Shown here in pieces: positions 27,593 through 36,339 of a stretch of DNA of 64,000 bases. The notes under the pieces were generated by a model. That model was not told the DNA's origin. It saw nothing but the letters and a program-made list of their open reading frames with translations, and searched no databases. A program made the translations under genes and the position numbers. Position 1 is the first letter of the stretch. Every line of letters starts with the position of its first letter. Source of the DNA: a phage. The DNA is taken from the sequence record PZ445134.1; one strand, written 5' to 3'.

Positions 27593-27808
27593 TTATTGAT
27601 AAAATGGAGTTAAAGCCCAAGATTCTTTAGATACCATATCGGCGAAATGCCTCATCTCTTCGATTTGGCGACGACGCTGGTCAGCGTAGTCTTCTTCGCC
27701 TTCTTCCTTACAATCTTCAAGGTCTTCTTCAAGATACTTTAAGTATTCACTACAAATTTTGTTGACCTTTTCTTGAAAGTCTAATAACCCTGTAATAGTA
27801 GAAGCCAT
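27593..27808 (-). CDS. hypothetical acidic protein
   Basis: 71 aa ORF. Confidence 0.45.
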   Translation of the reverse strand: MASTITGLLDFQEKVNKICSEYLKYLEEDLEDCKEEGEEDYADQRRRQIEEMRHFADMVSKESWALTPFYQ

Positions 27809-28074
27809 TAGTATTTTTCCTCAGGTCGAAATACTGCACGACACGCCCACATGCTGGCTTCTTTTAGATGTTGCTTAGCATACTTAAGAGCCTGCACTGC
27901 ATCCATATCTTCTTTGGTTTGTTGCTCTGATTCATTTTCTTTCAAGATATATGCTTCTTCAATCAGAGCATCAAACATCAATCCAAGACGGACTTCTGCA
28001 TCTTTAATAGCGTTCACTTTACTGATTTTATCGTCGGTATGCGGCTTGTAGCCTTTGATGTCTTCAATCGGCAT
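27808..28074 (-). CDS. hypothetical protein (vs.3-vs.5 interval)
   Basis: track ORF trimmed to MPIEDIKGYK with SD GAGGAA; 88 aa. Confidence 0.4.
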   Translation of the reverse strand: MPIEDIKGYKPHTDDKISKVNAIKDAEVRLGLMFDALIEEAYILKENESEQQTKEDMDAVQALKYAKQHLKEASMWACRAVFRPEEKY

Positions 28075-28288
28075 AAGGAATTTCCTCATCGGTGGCAAGG
28101 TCATATTCGACCAATTGGATAGGCTCATTAATACCATATCCGCGTACAGTGATATCGGTTGACGGATATTTTCCAGTAATATCACCCGTTCTAAAGGCTT
28201 CAATGAATGATTGCTCGCCTGAGCAACTAAACCAGGCGGCAAAACATTTTAAAACATCTTCAGACCCTTCTATAATCAATTTAGCCAT
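28064..28288 (-). CDS. hypothetical protein
   Basis: 74 aa ORF. Confidence 0.45.
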   Translation of the reverse strand: MAKLIIEGSEDVLKCFAAWFSCSGEQSFIEAFRTGDITGKYPSTDITVRGYGINEPIQLVEYDLATDEEIPYAD

Positions 28289-28650
28289 TATAGACTCTCA
28301 GTAAAGGTACGAGCGATAACGTCGCTCTGTTGTTCTGGAGTCAGAGAGTTAAAGCGAACTGCATAACCGGATACACGAATGGTCAGCTGAGGATATTTTT
28401 CCGGATGCTTAACTGCATCTTCCAGAGTTTCACGACGCAGAACGTTAACGTTCAGGTGTTGACCACCTTCAATTTTAACTTTAGGTTGATGTTCAATTTC
28501 AATTTCACGGGCATTCAAACCGTAGAAAATTTCCGGGTCTACAATAGCGTCTTCTTTAAAAGTCTTAGAGACAATAATCCGGGCCTGGGTACCGTCTTCA
28601 AAATAAATAGTGCCTTTATGCGCACCTTCAAGAATTTGATATGCTTTCAT
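28288..28650 (-). CDS. autonomous glycyl radical cofactor (GrcA/YfiD-like)
   Basis: 120 aa; C-terminal [17 protein letters not shown] glycyl-radical motif. Confidence 0.85.
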   Translation of the reverse strand: MKAYQILEGAHKGTIYFEDGTQARIIVSKTFKEDAIVDPEIFYGLNAREIEIEHQPKVKIEGGQHLNVNVLRRETLEDAVKHPEKYPQLTIRVSGYAVRFNSLTPEQQSDVIARTFTESL

Positions 28651-28656
28651 ATAACC

Positions 28657-28965
28657 TCAATTAGAAAATAAATTTATCCAAGTTTTTTCTTTAATCAAAA
28701 ATGGGTCGGAATTAAACGCCATTAAACTTTGAGTGATTAATCCTTTAAATGACCCATCAATAAATTCCATTTTGAAATGCGGAATACTAGTCATCAACCG
28801 TGCATTAGGAGCAGTACAAAGAACCTGCCGACCTGCGAATGGACCTTTAGTCAAACGATATCGTTTAGGTTTAAAATGGTAGATCTCGTAATTTTCTACA
28901 AGAGCCCTTTTATTGCATACTGGGCTGTTATAACAATACTCAAAAACTTCAATAGTGGTCATCAT
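28657..28965 (-). CDS. hypothetical protein
   Basis: track ORF trimmed to MMTTIEVFEY at ATGATGA junction with upstream stop. Confidence 0.4.
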   Translation of the reverse strand: MMTTIEVFEYCYNSPVCNKRALVENYEIYHFKPKRYRLTKGPFAGRQVLCTAPNARLMTSIPHFKMEFIDGSFKGLITQSLMAFNSDPFLIKEKTWINLFSN

Positions 28966-29501
28966 TGCATTCCAATCACAAAAAATTGAGGACGAGCAAT
29001 ACCGCCGATGCAATATTTGCTTTTGCAACAGTGTTGGACTGTTTTAATATGTATGTTGTAAATCTTATCCATATCAGGAGCTTTAATAGGCTCGTCAATT
29101 ATATACAGAATACGAGAAAGCGTTAATCCACGGAATTTAGAACCTTCATTGCCAATAAAACTACGGACAGAATCAGTAAATAAACGGAATCGAATATCGT
29201 CGCTAGAATAACGAGAAAATTCTTTTTTAATGTTGCCAACAGAAATTTTAGCATAGGCTGAAGTATTAGAAAGAACAATAACTGTTCCACCGTCATACAG
29301 CCAATTAACAGCAAAATTAGTTACTGCAGTCGATTTACCCGATTGTCTGCCGCCGTCTAAACGAAGTGTACAGTACTGCTTGAGTACGTCTTCAAATGGT
29401 GGGGCATAACCGTTCTTACAAATTTCTTCTACTCTAGCATCAGAATGGTGTGTAAAAGCATTCATCAGGGATAGATAAGGTCCAGTTAAAAATGTTCTCA
29501 T
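28962..29501 (-). CDS. P-loop protein, unknown function
   Basis: Walker A GGRQSGKST; start at MRTFLTG preferred, but the frame is open a further 39 codons upstream through a GC-rich leader. Confidence 0.5.
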   Translation of the reverse strand: MRTFLTGPYLSLMNAFTHHSDARVEEICKNGYAPPFEDVLKQYCTLRLDGGRQSGKSTAVTNFAVNWLYDGGTVIVLSNTSAYAKISVGNIKKEFSRYSSDDIRFRLFTDSVRSFIGNEGSKFRGLTLSRILYIIDEPIKAPDMDKIYNIHIKTVQHCCKSKYCIGGIARPQFFVIGMQ

Positions 29502-29673
29502 TTTATTCTCTCTAGGTTTGGGCCGTTCCGTGGCACATGTTAGGTCCTTCGCCTCGCTATGTAAACCCATTACCGCACTTGGGCTCGACCTTATTACAGG
29601 TTGGAAAAGGTACATCACTCAGAGGACTCGACGTTCGTAAGGAGAGGTTGCGTTTCCCTTTATTAGGCAAGAA

Positions 29674-30003
29674 TTATACTCTAGGCTTTTGAGCTTGTTT
29701 GGTATTGGATTCCCATGCGGCTTTGGTAATTTTGTTAGCGGCATAACCAAAGGCACTAGATAGAACACCTTTAGAGTTGAATACATCCAATCCAATAAGT
29801 ACGCCGGCTGTGCTAAATTTAGGAGCAAAGTACGCATTAGTTTTAGAAAGAGCTTTTTTCAATTCAGGGTCTTGAACCAAGCCATCAAAAACGCCTTTAC
29901 TATTTACTTTATATGTTACTTTGGGATTTTTAGCTTCTTCGATAGCAGCTTTCTGTTCTGCAGATAATGTAACTTCAGTGATAAACTCTTGATATGTTTT
30001 CAT
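29674..30003 (-). CDS. internal-protein-like protein with capsid targeting sequence
   Basis: starts MKTYQEFITE (CTS consensus MKTYQEFIAE); track ORF trimmed to this Met. Confidence 0.65.
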   Translation of the reverse strand: MKTYQEFITEVTLSAEQKAAIEEAKNPKVTYKVNSKGVFDGLVQDPELKKALSKTNAYFAPKFSTAGVLIGLDVFNSKGVLSSAFGYAANKITKAAWESNTKQAQKPRV

Positions 30004-30077
30004 TTTGTTCTCTCTAAATTTGGGCCATGGAATGGCCCATGAATTGTCCATTTCTGTATTTACCACTCCAAGTAATT

Positions 30078-30115
30078 ATGAATATACTATCACAATTTTA
30101 GGAGAAAGTAAACTG
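30078..30115 (-). promoter_or_regulatory. early promoter
   Basis: minus strand GTTTAC, about 18 bp, TAGTAT; 5' UTR would include hairpin GGGCCAT-TCC-ATGGCCC at 30022-30038. Confidence 0.4.
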
Positions 30116-30418
30116 TTATTTACCTTTAATTACTTTAGCTGCTTCGATAGCCGCTTGCTGAAGGTCATCCATAGACATACCGAATTTAGAAGCAAAGTTA
30201 TCAATTTTCTTTTCGACAGCATTCAAAGGCTTGGCCTGTTTACCTTCATTAGCGCCAGGAAGAGCGAGAATACGCTCTTTGTCAATATAAAGGCTTACAA
30301 GTTTCTTACGGTCTTTATCGGACAAATCATGAAATGAATGGGCCTTTTTATTTATAGCGGATTCTAATTTACCTGCACTCACTCGCGCTTCTGCAATAAA
30401 TTCTTTATACGTTTTCAT
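30116..30418 (-). CDS. internal-protein-like protein with CTS (IPIII-like N-terminus)
   Basis: starts MKTYKEFIAEARVSAGK; resembles T4 IPIII N-terminal region as recalled. Confidence 0.65.
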   Translation of the reverse strand: MKTYKEFIAEARVSAGKLESAINKKAHSFHDLSDKDRKKLVSLYIDKERILALPGANEGKQAKPLNAVEKKIDNFASKFGMSMDDLQQAAIEAAKVIKGK

Positions 30419-30439
30419 TTTTGTTTCCTTGTTTGTTTT

Positions 30440-30480
30440 GATAGAGTAATTATACCATATTAATACTTAAGCGTAAACTG
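30440..30480 (-). promoter_or_regulatory. early promoter
   Basis: minus strand GTTTAC -35 and TATAAT-like -10. Confidence 0.45.
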
Positions 30481-30481
30481 T

Positions 30482-30742
30482 TTAAGCTTTACCGCCAGAA
30501 ATAATTCCGAAGTTGTTAAAATCGTATCCAATATCGTCAACATCTACTTTAGGGCTTGCTACAACATAAGCAATTTCACTACGTTTTGCATAGGTGTTGA
30601 TTTCTTTACCATCGCCACCTAAGAAAGAATACCCATTACGTTTTAATGAGCCAAAGTCTTCCGCATCACCAATGAAAGCTTTAACTTTAAATTTATGACC
30701 TTTGGCATCTGCTTCAGCGATAAATTCTTGATACATTTTCAT
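30482..30742 (-). CDS. internal-protein-like protein with CTS
   Basis: starts MKMYQEFIAE. Confidence 0.6.
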   Translation of the reverse strand: MKMYQEFIAEADAKGHKFKVKAFIGDAEDFGSLKRNGYSFLGGDGKEINTYAKRSEIAYVVASPKVDVDDIGYDFNNFGIISGGKA

Positions 30743-30748
30743 TTTTCC

Positions 30749-31162
30749 TTAGTAAATTGATTTACCATAGTATTTGTACCAAGTAGGACGTTGGGCAATT
30801 TTTTCGTCTAAGCGTGCTTGACTTATCGCAATGGACGCTTCGGACGGGACATAATTATTACGAAATTCGGCAGGGATGTCGGAAATATCCTGGACAGTCG
30901 TGTCCTTGATTTTGAAACCACGTTTCAAGCATTCAGCGATTAGCTCGATTTGTCGTAAACGTAAAAATTCGAGTTTGTCGTAAAAGAATGTTACGTGACC
31001 TGTGCCTAAGATAAATGTTGGAGAGATTTTAAAATCCTTTACACGTTTACCGTTTTGAACATGTTTACGGACTGCACCAAATACGCGTGGTAATTCACGA
31101 TACTCAGCCATAAGATGTTGGTCGGTCAGTTCAGAAACAAGTGTTAAATTGATACGAGTCAT
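30749..31162 (-). CDS. denV: endonuclease V, pyrimidine dimer DNA glycosylase
   Basis: [34 protein letters not shown]... matches T4 DenV as recalled; start moved to MTRINL. Confidence 0.88.
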   Translation of the reverse strand: MTRINLTLVSELTDQHLMAEYRELPRVFGAVRKHVQNGKRVKDFKISPTFILGTGHVTFFYDKLEFLRLRQIELIAECLKRGFKIKDTTVQDISDIPAEFRNNYVPSEASIAISQARLDEKIAQRPTWYKYYGKSIY

Positions 31163-31184
31163 AATTTCCTCCAAGTAGTTGATG

Positions 31185-31220
31185 AATGTATAGTATCAAA
31201 GTCCTTGGAGGAAGTAAACA
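31185..31220 (-). promoter_or_regulatory. early promoter
   Basis: minus strand GTTTAC -35; TACTAT/TATACA -10 region. Confidence 0.45.
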
Positions 31221-31502
31221 CTATTTTTCTGAAGCGCCTGAAATATATTTTTCAAGACGTTGTTTCATTAGCGAGCCGTTCTTAGCGATTTCTTCCGGTT
31301 TATCGCACATACGCAACAAGGCTTCAAGCTTAACGATATCACTGGTGCGCTCAAATTTGCGAGTATCTATCTTACTAGCAAGTTCAGAAATACGTGCTAA
31401 TAGACTTTCGGCTTCAACCAAAGCTGCACCTAGCTTAGTTGCAAATGTGTCAGTAGCTTCGTTAAGAATAGATTCTGATAAAAATTCACTATATGTTTTC
31501 AT
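31221..31502 (-). CDS. internal-protein-like protein with CTS
   Basis: starts [10 protein letters not shown] after trimming; overlaps e stop by 4 nt. Confidence 0.55.
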   Translation of the reverse strand: MKTYSEFLSESILNEATDTFATKLGAALVEAESLLARISELASKIDTRKFERTSDIVKLEALLRMCDKPEEIAKNGSLMKQRLEKYISGASEK

Positions 31503-31987
31503 ATATACGCTTTCCAAGTTCCTGTTTTAAATGTTGAGATTACGCGTTTCGCGCGATTAGGTGTCTGACGATACCATTTAGACTTGGCTAGATTTACTGC
31601 CGCTTCATCCCAACGTTTCTGTTGAAGCATACGAAGAGAATTAGTAAAACCAGCAACGCCTGCTACACCCATTTGGAAGACCATATTGACCAATGCACAT
31701 CGACGAACTGCATCTAAAGAATCATATACCGGTTTAAGTTTAGCATTACCCAAGATTCCGCGAACGGCTTTATCAACGTCTTCATTAAATAGCTTTTCAG
31801 CCTCATCAAGGGTAATTGTACCGTTGCATTTACGTCCGATCATTCTGTCAAGTTCAGCTTTAGCTACGGCTAAAGACGGGTTCTTTGTTACTAAATGACC
31901 TATGCCAATAGTCCAAAAGCCTTCAGTGTCTTTGTATAAAGCCAGTCTAAGACCTTCGTCATTACGAAGCATTTCAAATATATTCAT
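31499..31987 (-). CDS. e: lysozyme (endolysin) e
   Basis: [32 protein letters not shown]... about 75-80 percent identical to T4 lysozyme as recalled; start moved to MNIFEML. Confidence 0.92.
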   Translation of the reverse strand: MNIFEMLRNDEGLRLALYKDTEGFWTIGIGHLVTKNPSLAVAKAELDRMIGRKCNGTITLDEAEKLFNEDVDKAVRGILGNAKLKPVYDSLDAVRRCALVNMVFQMGVAGVAGFTNSLRMLQQKRWDEAAVNLAKSKWYRQTPNRAKRVISTFKTGTWKAYI

Positions 31988-32021
31988 AATACCTCCCACG
32001 TTTATAGGAGGTATTTATTAC
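31988..32021 (-). promoter_or_regulatory. late-promoter-like TAATAAATA plus SD-sequestering hairpin upstream of e
   Basis: perfect 9-bp inverted repeat AATACCTCC / GGAGGTATT with 10-nt loop; 3' arm contains SD GGAGG; TAATAAATA abuts 5' arm. Confidence 0.5.
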
Positions 32022-32480
32022 TTATAGGATGGTAGTGAGCACCTTATATAATGATTTGCCCATTACGTATTCCCATTGAGAAGGTTTAATTAAAGCGAAT
32101 GCATCAAATTCAGGAATCTGTCGTCCGTCTGGGAATGTATGATAGGAATTACAAACACTGTTTCTGAATTGCTCGTGCTCTACAGGGATGGTATATAGGA
32201 ACAGATGAATATTCTTATTGTCTGAGTAACGATGTTCACCTAGGTCTTTCAGGAAGGCAGGGTCATATTGTGTAAACCCAGTTTCTTCTTCGCATTCACG
32301 AATAGCGGCTTTGATAGGAGATTCACCGGGCTCGACACGACCTTTAGGAATATCCCACCGATGAGCTAAAGAACCTTTAGGACGAGAACCAGTTACACGC
32401 CCCATGAATAATTCTTTATCTTCGGTAAGGAAAATAATACCGGCTGATAGTTCTTTCACTTTATTTTTCTTACTCATCAT
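32022..32480 (-). CDS. nudE: Nudix hydrolase NudE
   Basis: Nudix box GRVEPGESPIKAAIRECEEETG; start uncertain. Confidence 0.8.
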   Translation of the reverse strand: MMSKKNKVKELSAGIIFLTEDKELFMGRVTGSRPKGSLAHRWDIPKGRVEPGESPIKAAIRECEEETGFTQYDPAFLKDLGEHRYSDNKNIHLFLYTIPVEHEQFRNSVCNSYHTFPDGRQIPEFDAFALIKPSQWEYVMGKSLYKVLTTIL

Positions 32481-32721
32481 CTCGGTCCCATGATTGTTTA
32501 AAGATATCTCGTATAATAATTTCAACACATGTTTCTGTTGACGGACTTTCACTATCAGATATTTGGACCATATAATCAGAAATAGGTCGGAACATATCCA
32601 AGTCGCTTTCTAAATCTTCTTTGATTTTCTCTTCTGACGTTCCGGTATCATAGGAATACAGATAAGAATCACATGATTCTGATTTAATGTAAATTGCTAT
32701 ACTCATCTCAAATTCCTGCAT
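32470..32721 (-). CDS. hypothetical acidic protein
   Basis: 83 aa ORF. Confidence 0.45.
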   Translation of the reverse strand: MQEFEMSIAIYIKSESCDSYLYSYDTGTSEEKIKEDLESDLDMFRPISDYMVQISDSESPSTETCVEIIIRDIFKQSWDRDDE

Positions 32722-33194
32722 TCGGTAATAAAACGTTCAACTTCATTATTCTTGGCTTTTATCTTGTCTTTATGTTCTTGTAAACTACTTTTAATAAGAT
32801 TAATAATGATGGCGGCGGTACCGCCGCCAATGATGCCACCAACAACACTTATGATACTAGATGCTAATAAGATAGCAATAATATCAACAAAACCAAAAGA
32901 ACTCACCTTAGTACTGAAAAACCATATAGACGGTACAAATATAATCCATCCTGTTATCCATTGGCACTTATTGAAAAACTTTTCAAGCTCAGCTTGAGTT
33001 GTTCGTATTACTTCATCGATAGGTTGATATCCATTAATGTATCTGTTCACGATAATACCTGCTGGCTGGTCGATTTTAAATTCTTGACAAATATGTTTCA
33101 CTAAGTAGGATGGACATCCTGTCCAATCTACTGAATAGTATGAAATACCTTCATTGCCATCGACTATATTAGACCAATATGTTTTGTTAATCAT
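32703..33194 (-). CDS. membrane protein
   Basis: 163 aa with hydrophobic helices and C-terminal coiled segment. Confidence 0.45.
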   Translation of the reverse strand: MINKTYWSNIVDGNEGISYYSVDWTGCPSYLVKHICQEFKIDQPAGIIVNRYINGYQPIDEVIRTTQAELEKFFNKCQWITGWIIFVPSIWFFSTKVSSFGFVDIIAILLASSIISVVGGIIGGGTAAIIINLIKSSLQEHKDKIKAKNNEVERFITECRNLR

Positions 33195-33880
33195 TACCAG
33201 CCTTCCATAGGGAATTCCAGATAAACTTGAGCATTGACACGAATTTCATTGGTAATCTTTTTAACTCGGTCTGTATTACGAGATACACGTCCGAACCAAC
33301 GCCATCCATTACTAATTGCACGAGAACCAGTGTGCCATGTTTGCCAATCAAACTGAAGAAGAGTACGATCTGGAGCTTCCCATTTCTCTAGTTCACCTTT
33401 TTCGATTTTTTCGAGGACTTCTTTGTGCCACTGGCGATAGATAAGTTCGCCATCAGGAATCTGACTGAACTCTGCAGTTCCTGTTGCAAAATGAGTAGGA
33501 CACACATCAGCGTTAACAAGACCAAGAATATGTTCAGAATGGTAACGAGGGTTGTCATAATCAGGTTGTCCTGCAGTAATAAAGTGTTGACCGGCCGGAA
33601 TATCAGGGCGTGGAACATCATCATGGTGATACCCAGGAATAGCAGGATACCAACCGGGCATCAGCATGTGAACTCGTGAATCAAATACTACATCCGAGTC
33701 TTTCCAATCGTCAGGAAGATTTTGGATAAAGCTACGAGTAATTGGGCCACCATTATCAAAAGCAAAATTCAAATCGCAGTTAAAGAACATAGGCTCGTTT
33801 TTAATCTGGTCATTTTTAATCGCATGAGCAAAACCACCTACTGCACGAGCTTGACTATTAAACACTTTAGAACTATTCAT
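33194..33880 (-). CDS. hypothetical protein
   Basis: 228 aa; His/Asp-rich stretch; no motif recognised. Confidence 0.5.
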   Translation of the reverse strand: MNSSKVFNSQARAVGGFAHAIKNDQIKNEPMFFNCDLNFAFDNGGPITRSFIQNLPDDWKDSDVVFDSRVHMLMPGWYPAIPGYHHDDVPRPDIPAGQHFITAGQPDYDNPRYHSEHILGLVNADVCPTHFATGTAEFSQIPDGELIYRQWHKEVLEKIEKGELEKWEAPDRTLLQFDWQTWHTGSRAISNGWRWFGRVSRNTDRVKKITNEIRVNAQVYLEFPMEGW

Positions 33881-33881
33881 A

Positions 33882-34187
33882 TTATTTTCCTCGACATTCT
33901 TTAATGAAATTTTCTAGATTGGTAGATTCAATAGCTTTTTTACGAGCTTCTGCGTGTTCTTCTTCAGACAATTTACGTTTATAATTGACCCAGACATTAT
34001 GGTCGAAACTAGTCGTGGCATATAATAACAATGCTCCGACGAATAATAAAAACGGTGATAAGAATACAAAACCAGGAACACCATCCATATCGTAAGCCTT
34101 TTGTAATACTGCAACAGAAAGGGCTGCGTAAAAAAGCGATGCAAATATTGTTAAAAGACCAATTCGGTTGGTTTCGCCTAATTTCAT
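33882..34187 (-). CDS. membrane protein
   Basis: 101 aa; two hydrophobic helices; SD GAGGAG. Confidence 0.45.
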   Translation of the reverse strand: MKLGETNRIGLLTIFASLFYAALSVAVLQKAYDMDGVPGFVFLSPFLLFVGALLLYATTSFDHNVWVNYKRKLSEEEHAEARKKAIESTNLENFIKECRGK

Positions 34188-34199
34188 AATATTCTCCTC

Positions 34200-34247
34200 A
34201 TGTTTTAATAGGACTACTATAACATAGTCCTATCATGTTGTAAACAG
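34200..34247 (-). promoter_or_regulatory. early promoter with dyad symmetry (PeSL-like)
   Basis: minus strand GTTTAC, 17-18 bp, TATAGT; arms ATAGGACTA/TAGTCCTAT. Confidence 0.55.
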
Positions 34248-34257
34248 TTTTGTGAAG

Positions 34258-35214
34258 TTATTTGAAAGGTTTTACCATATGGAAATTTTGTTTGAAACGT
34301 TTGACGTAATCATCATGTCCTAAGCTTTGGTACATACTTACTACTTTGCTGTAGTTTTCCCAGGCATACTCACGGAACCAACCAGAAGTGATGCTTGTGC
34401 AGACTTTTTCTAATGCCATCATGAAACTGGCTTCAGGGTTAATTTTAAAGTCATTAGGAATCTGAGAACGTTCTAATGCTAGTACACATGATTCTTCATA
34501 TACACCGGCCAATTTGACCATTTCTGGTAATGATTCGAACTTCTCACGTGAGGTCATGACTTCAGAACCGTCTTTCATATAAAATGTATACGCTGGACGG
34601 TCTGTTAGTGCAATGGCTTCATGAATAGTATCATGGTCATACGTATAGATGTCATCTTTAAAGAACGCACTTTTAGAAGTGTCAAGAACTGGGTGAGCAT
34701 AGTTCAAGGTTTCTTTCTGGCGTTTCAGCATAATTTCAGTAAGTTCATCGTTCAGTGTAACACCTTTACCACGAAGATACTGAATATGGTTCATAGTCTT
34801 TAAAAAGAATGGATTATTTTTCTTGAAACGATGAGACATCTTAATTGCAAGACATATCTCAGGAGTTGCCCAGTAAAACCCGTTCAAACGGTCTTTAGAC
34901 AAATTTTTCTTGGCGTATTTTAAAAGGTCATAAGAAGACGTGAAATCTTCAGGAGTGAGTTCACCGACTAATTCACGGACATTAGTGATTGCCGGAACAA
35001 TATATGCTTCAAAATGAGTTTCGCGTCCATTATGGAAGCATTTGAAAACTTGGACACCAGGGTTATCTTGATGAACATATACGCCCATCATTTGATTTTT
35101 GAATGTATTCCAAGAACCTTGGTCTGCAATAAAGTCCCAGTCACTATTTTTGATAGCGTTAGAATCAATAAGACCATGATAGTGAAGTGCACGAGAACCA
35201 ATAACTAACATCAT
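34258..35214 (-). CDS. hypothetical protein (possible nucleotidyltransferase-like N-terminus)
   Basis: 318 aa; N-terminal IGSRALHYHG...SDWDF loosely resembles a GS...D.D signature; weak. Confidence 0.45.
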   Translation of the reverse strand: MMLVIGSRALHYHGLIDSNAIKNSDWDFIADQGSWNTFKNQMMGVYVHQDNPGVQVFKCFHNGRETHFEAYIVPAITNVRELVGELTPEDFTSSYDLLKYAKKNLSKDRLNGFYWATPEICLAIKMSHRFKKNNPFFLKTMNHIQYLRGKGVTLNDELTEIMLKRQKETLNYAHPVLDTSKSAFFKDDIYTYDHDTIHEAIALTDRPAYTFYMKDGSEVMTSREKFESLPEMVKLAGVYEESCVLALERSQIPNDFKINPEASFMMALEKVCTSITSGWFREYAWENYSKVVSMYQSLGHDDYVKRFKQNFHMVKPFK

Positions 35215-35242
35215 AATATTTTCCTCGGATTAATTCATTAAC

Positions 35243-35494
35243 TTAAATTTCACGACATGCGATATCATATTCATCCCAGAGGTCATCGTGTGAAGCCTCT
35301 ACCAATGGAACGATTGTACCATTTATGTCTTCATTATAAGGGCAAATTGTACAGTGTGCATCTTCGAATCGAATGCCTTTATGTTCAGATTTTTTATAAC
35401 GCATATCGAATATCTTTGCAAACTTTTCACGAGTAATGGTTTTAGCAACCACTTCGGTTCCAATACTTTCGTAATAAATCATTGTGGGCTCCAT
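35243..35494 (-). CDS. hypothetical protein
   Basis: 83 aa ORF. Confidence 0.45.
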   Translation of the reverse strand: MEPTMIYYESIGTEVVAKTITREKFAKIFDMRYKKSEHKGIRFEDAHCTICPYNEDINGTIVPLVEASHDDLWDEYDIACREI

Positions 35495-35504
35495 TTAATT
35501 TGAT

Positions 35505-35542
35505 AGGACTACTATAACATAGCCCTATCTTGTTGTAAACTG
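35505..35542 (-). promoter_or_regulatory. early promoter with dyad symmetry (PeSL-like)
   Basis: minus strand GTTTAC; arms TAGGACTA/TAGCCCTA around -10. Confidence 0.5.
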
Positions 35543-35544
35543 TT

Positions 35545-35742
35545 TTAGCAAGAATAACTAGATGATACCCAGCCTTGAACAGTAATACTATTATTTGATA
35601 CCGAGATTGCATTCTGGAGATTCAGACCTGCGTTATCTTCAATCCATAATGTAACTTCTTCGCGTTCTTCTGTTGCAATTTGGAACAGGTTTTCTAGGGC
35701 AGCTACTGCCGTACGTACAGCACAATCTAATTCACGAGACAT
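35545..35742 (-). CDS. small protein, C-terminal GW(V/I)(S/A)SSxxC family member
   Basis: 65 aa ending ...VQGWVSSSYSC. Confidence 0.45.
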   Translation of the reverse strand: MSRELDCAVRTAVAALENLFQIATEEREEVTLWIEDNAGLNLQNAISVSNNSITVQGWVSSSYSC

Positions 35743-35751
35743 ATGATTTCC

Positions 35752-36024
35752 TTAGCAAGTGTGAGAAGATGCAATCCAACCACCGGTTTCGAGGCTCAGG
35801 TTGTAGTCGTATTGGTAAACGTCAGCCCATTCAGCATAGCCGTTTTTTGTACAACGTTCAAGATCGGCTTTAAGCTGTCCTGGTGAATGATAAGTTCCAC
35901 CCATACCATAAGCTGGATACAAGTCGAATGATGTGTTTTGTTTATCAGCAATTTCTTTGGCAGCCTCAATAGCTGCATAGATTTTTGCTACGGCTTCAGC
36001 CAGTTCGGTTTGTTCTTTAGACAT
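35752..36024 (-). CDS. small protein, C-terminal GW(V/I)(S/A)SSxxC family member
   Basis: 90 aa ending ...TGGWIASSHTC; shares GGTY and IAD motifs with 36034..36339. Confidence 0.5.
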   Translation of the reverse strand: MSKEQTELAEAVAKIYAAIEAAKEIADKQNTSFDLYPAYGMGGTYHSPGQLKADLERCTKNGYAEWADVYQYDYNLSLETGGWIASSHTC

Positions 36025-36033
36025 AATGATTCC

Positions 36034-36339
36034 TTAGCACAACGCAGAAGACGAAACCCAAGCACCTTCAGTAATAACGTAACCATTACCTTCACGCTTA
36101 ACATCGCCACCATTATTTTCAATTTCATCTTTCATCCACTGGGATACGATTTCACCCTTAGGATAATAAGTACGACCGCTACCATAATCACCTACAGAAA
36201 ATGATACGGCGTATTGGTCTGCGATCTTTGTTGCTTCTTCTTCGATACGTTCAGCTTGATTCAGAAGTTTATAAATTGCATCTGAAGCGGATTTGGCATC
36301 ATTAAACTCTGGTACTTTAATTTCAATAATCTTACTCAT
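36034..36339 (-). CDS. small protein, C-terminal GW(V/I)(S/A)SSxxC family member
   Basis: 101 aa ending ...EGAWVSSSALC. Confidence 0.5.
   Translation of the reverse strand: MSKIIEIKVPEFNDAKSASDAIYKLLNQAERIEEEATKIADQYAVSFSVGDYGSGRTYYPKGEIVSQWMKDEIENNGGDVKREGNGYVITEGAWVSSSALC

Noticed and set aside
29619-29837. 72-aa minus-strand ORF
   Set aside because: Overlaps the 3' end of the internal-protein gene at 29674..30003 and the GC-rich leader; no start context.
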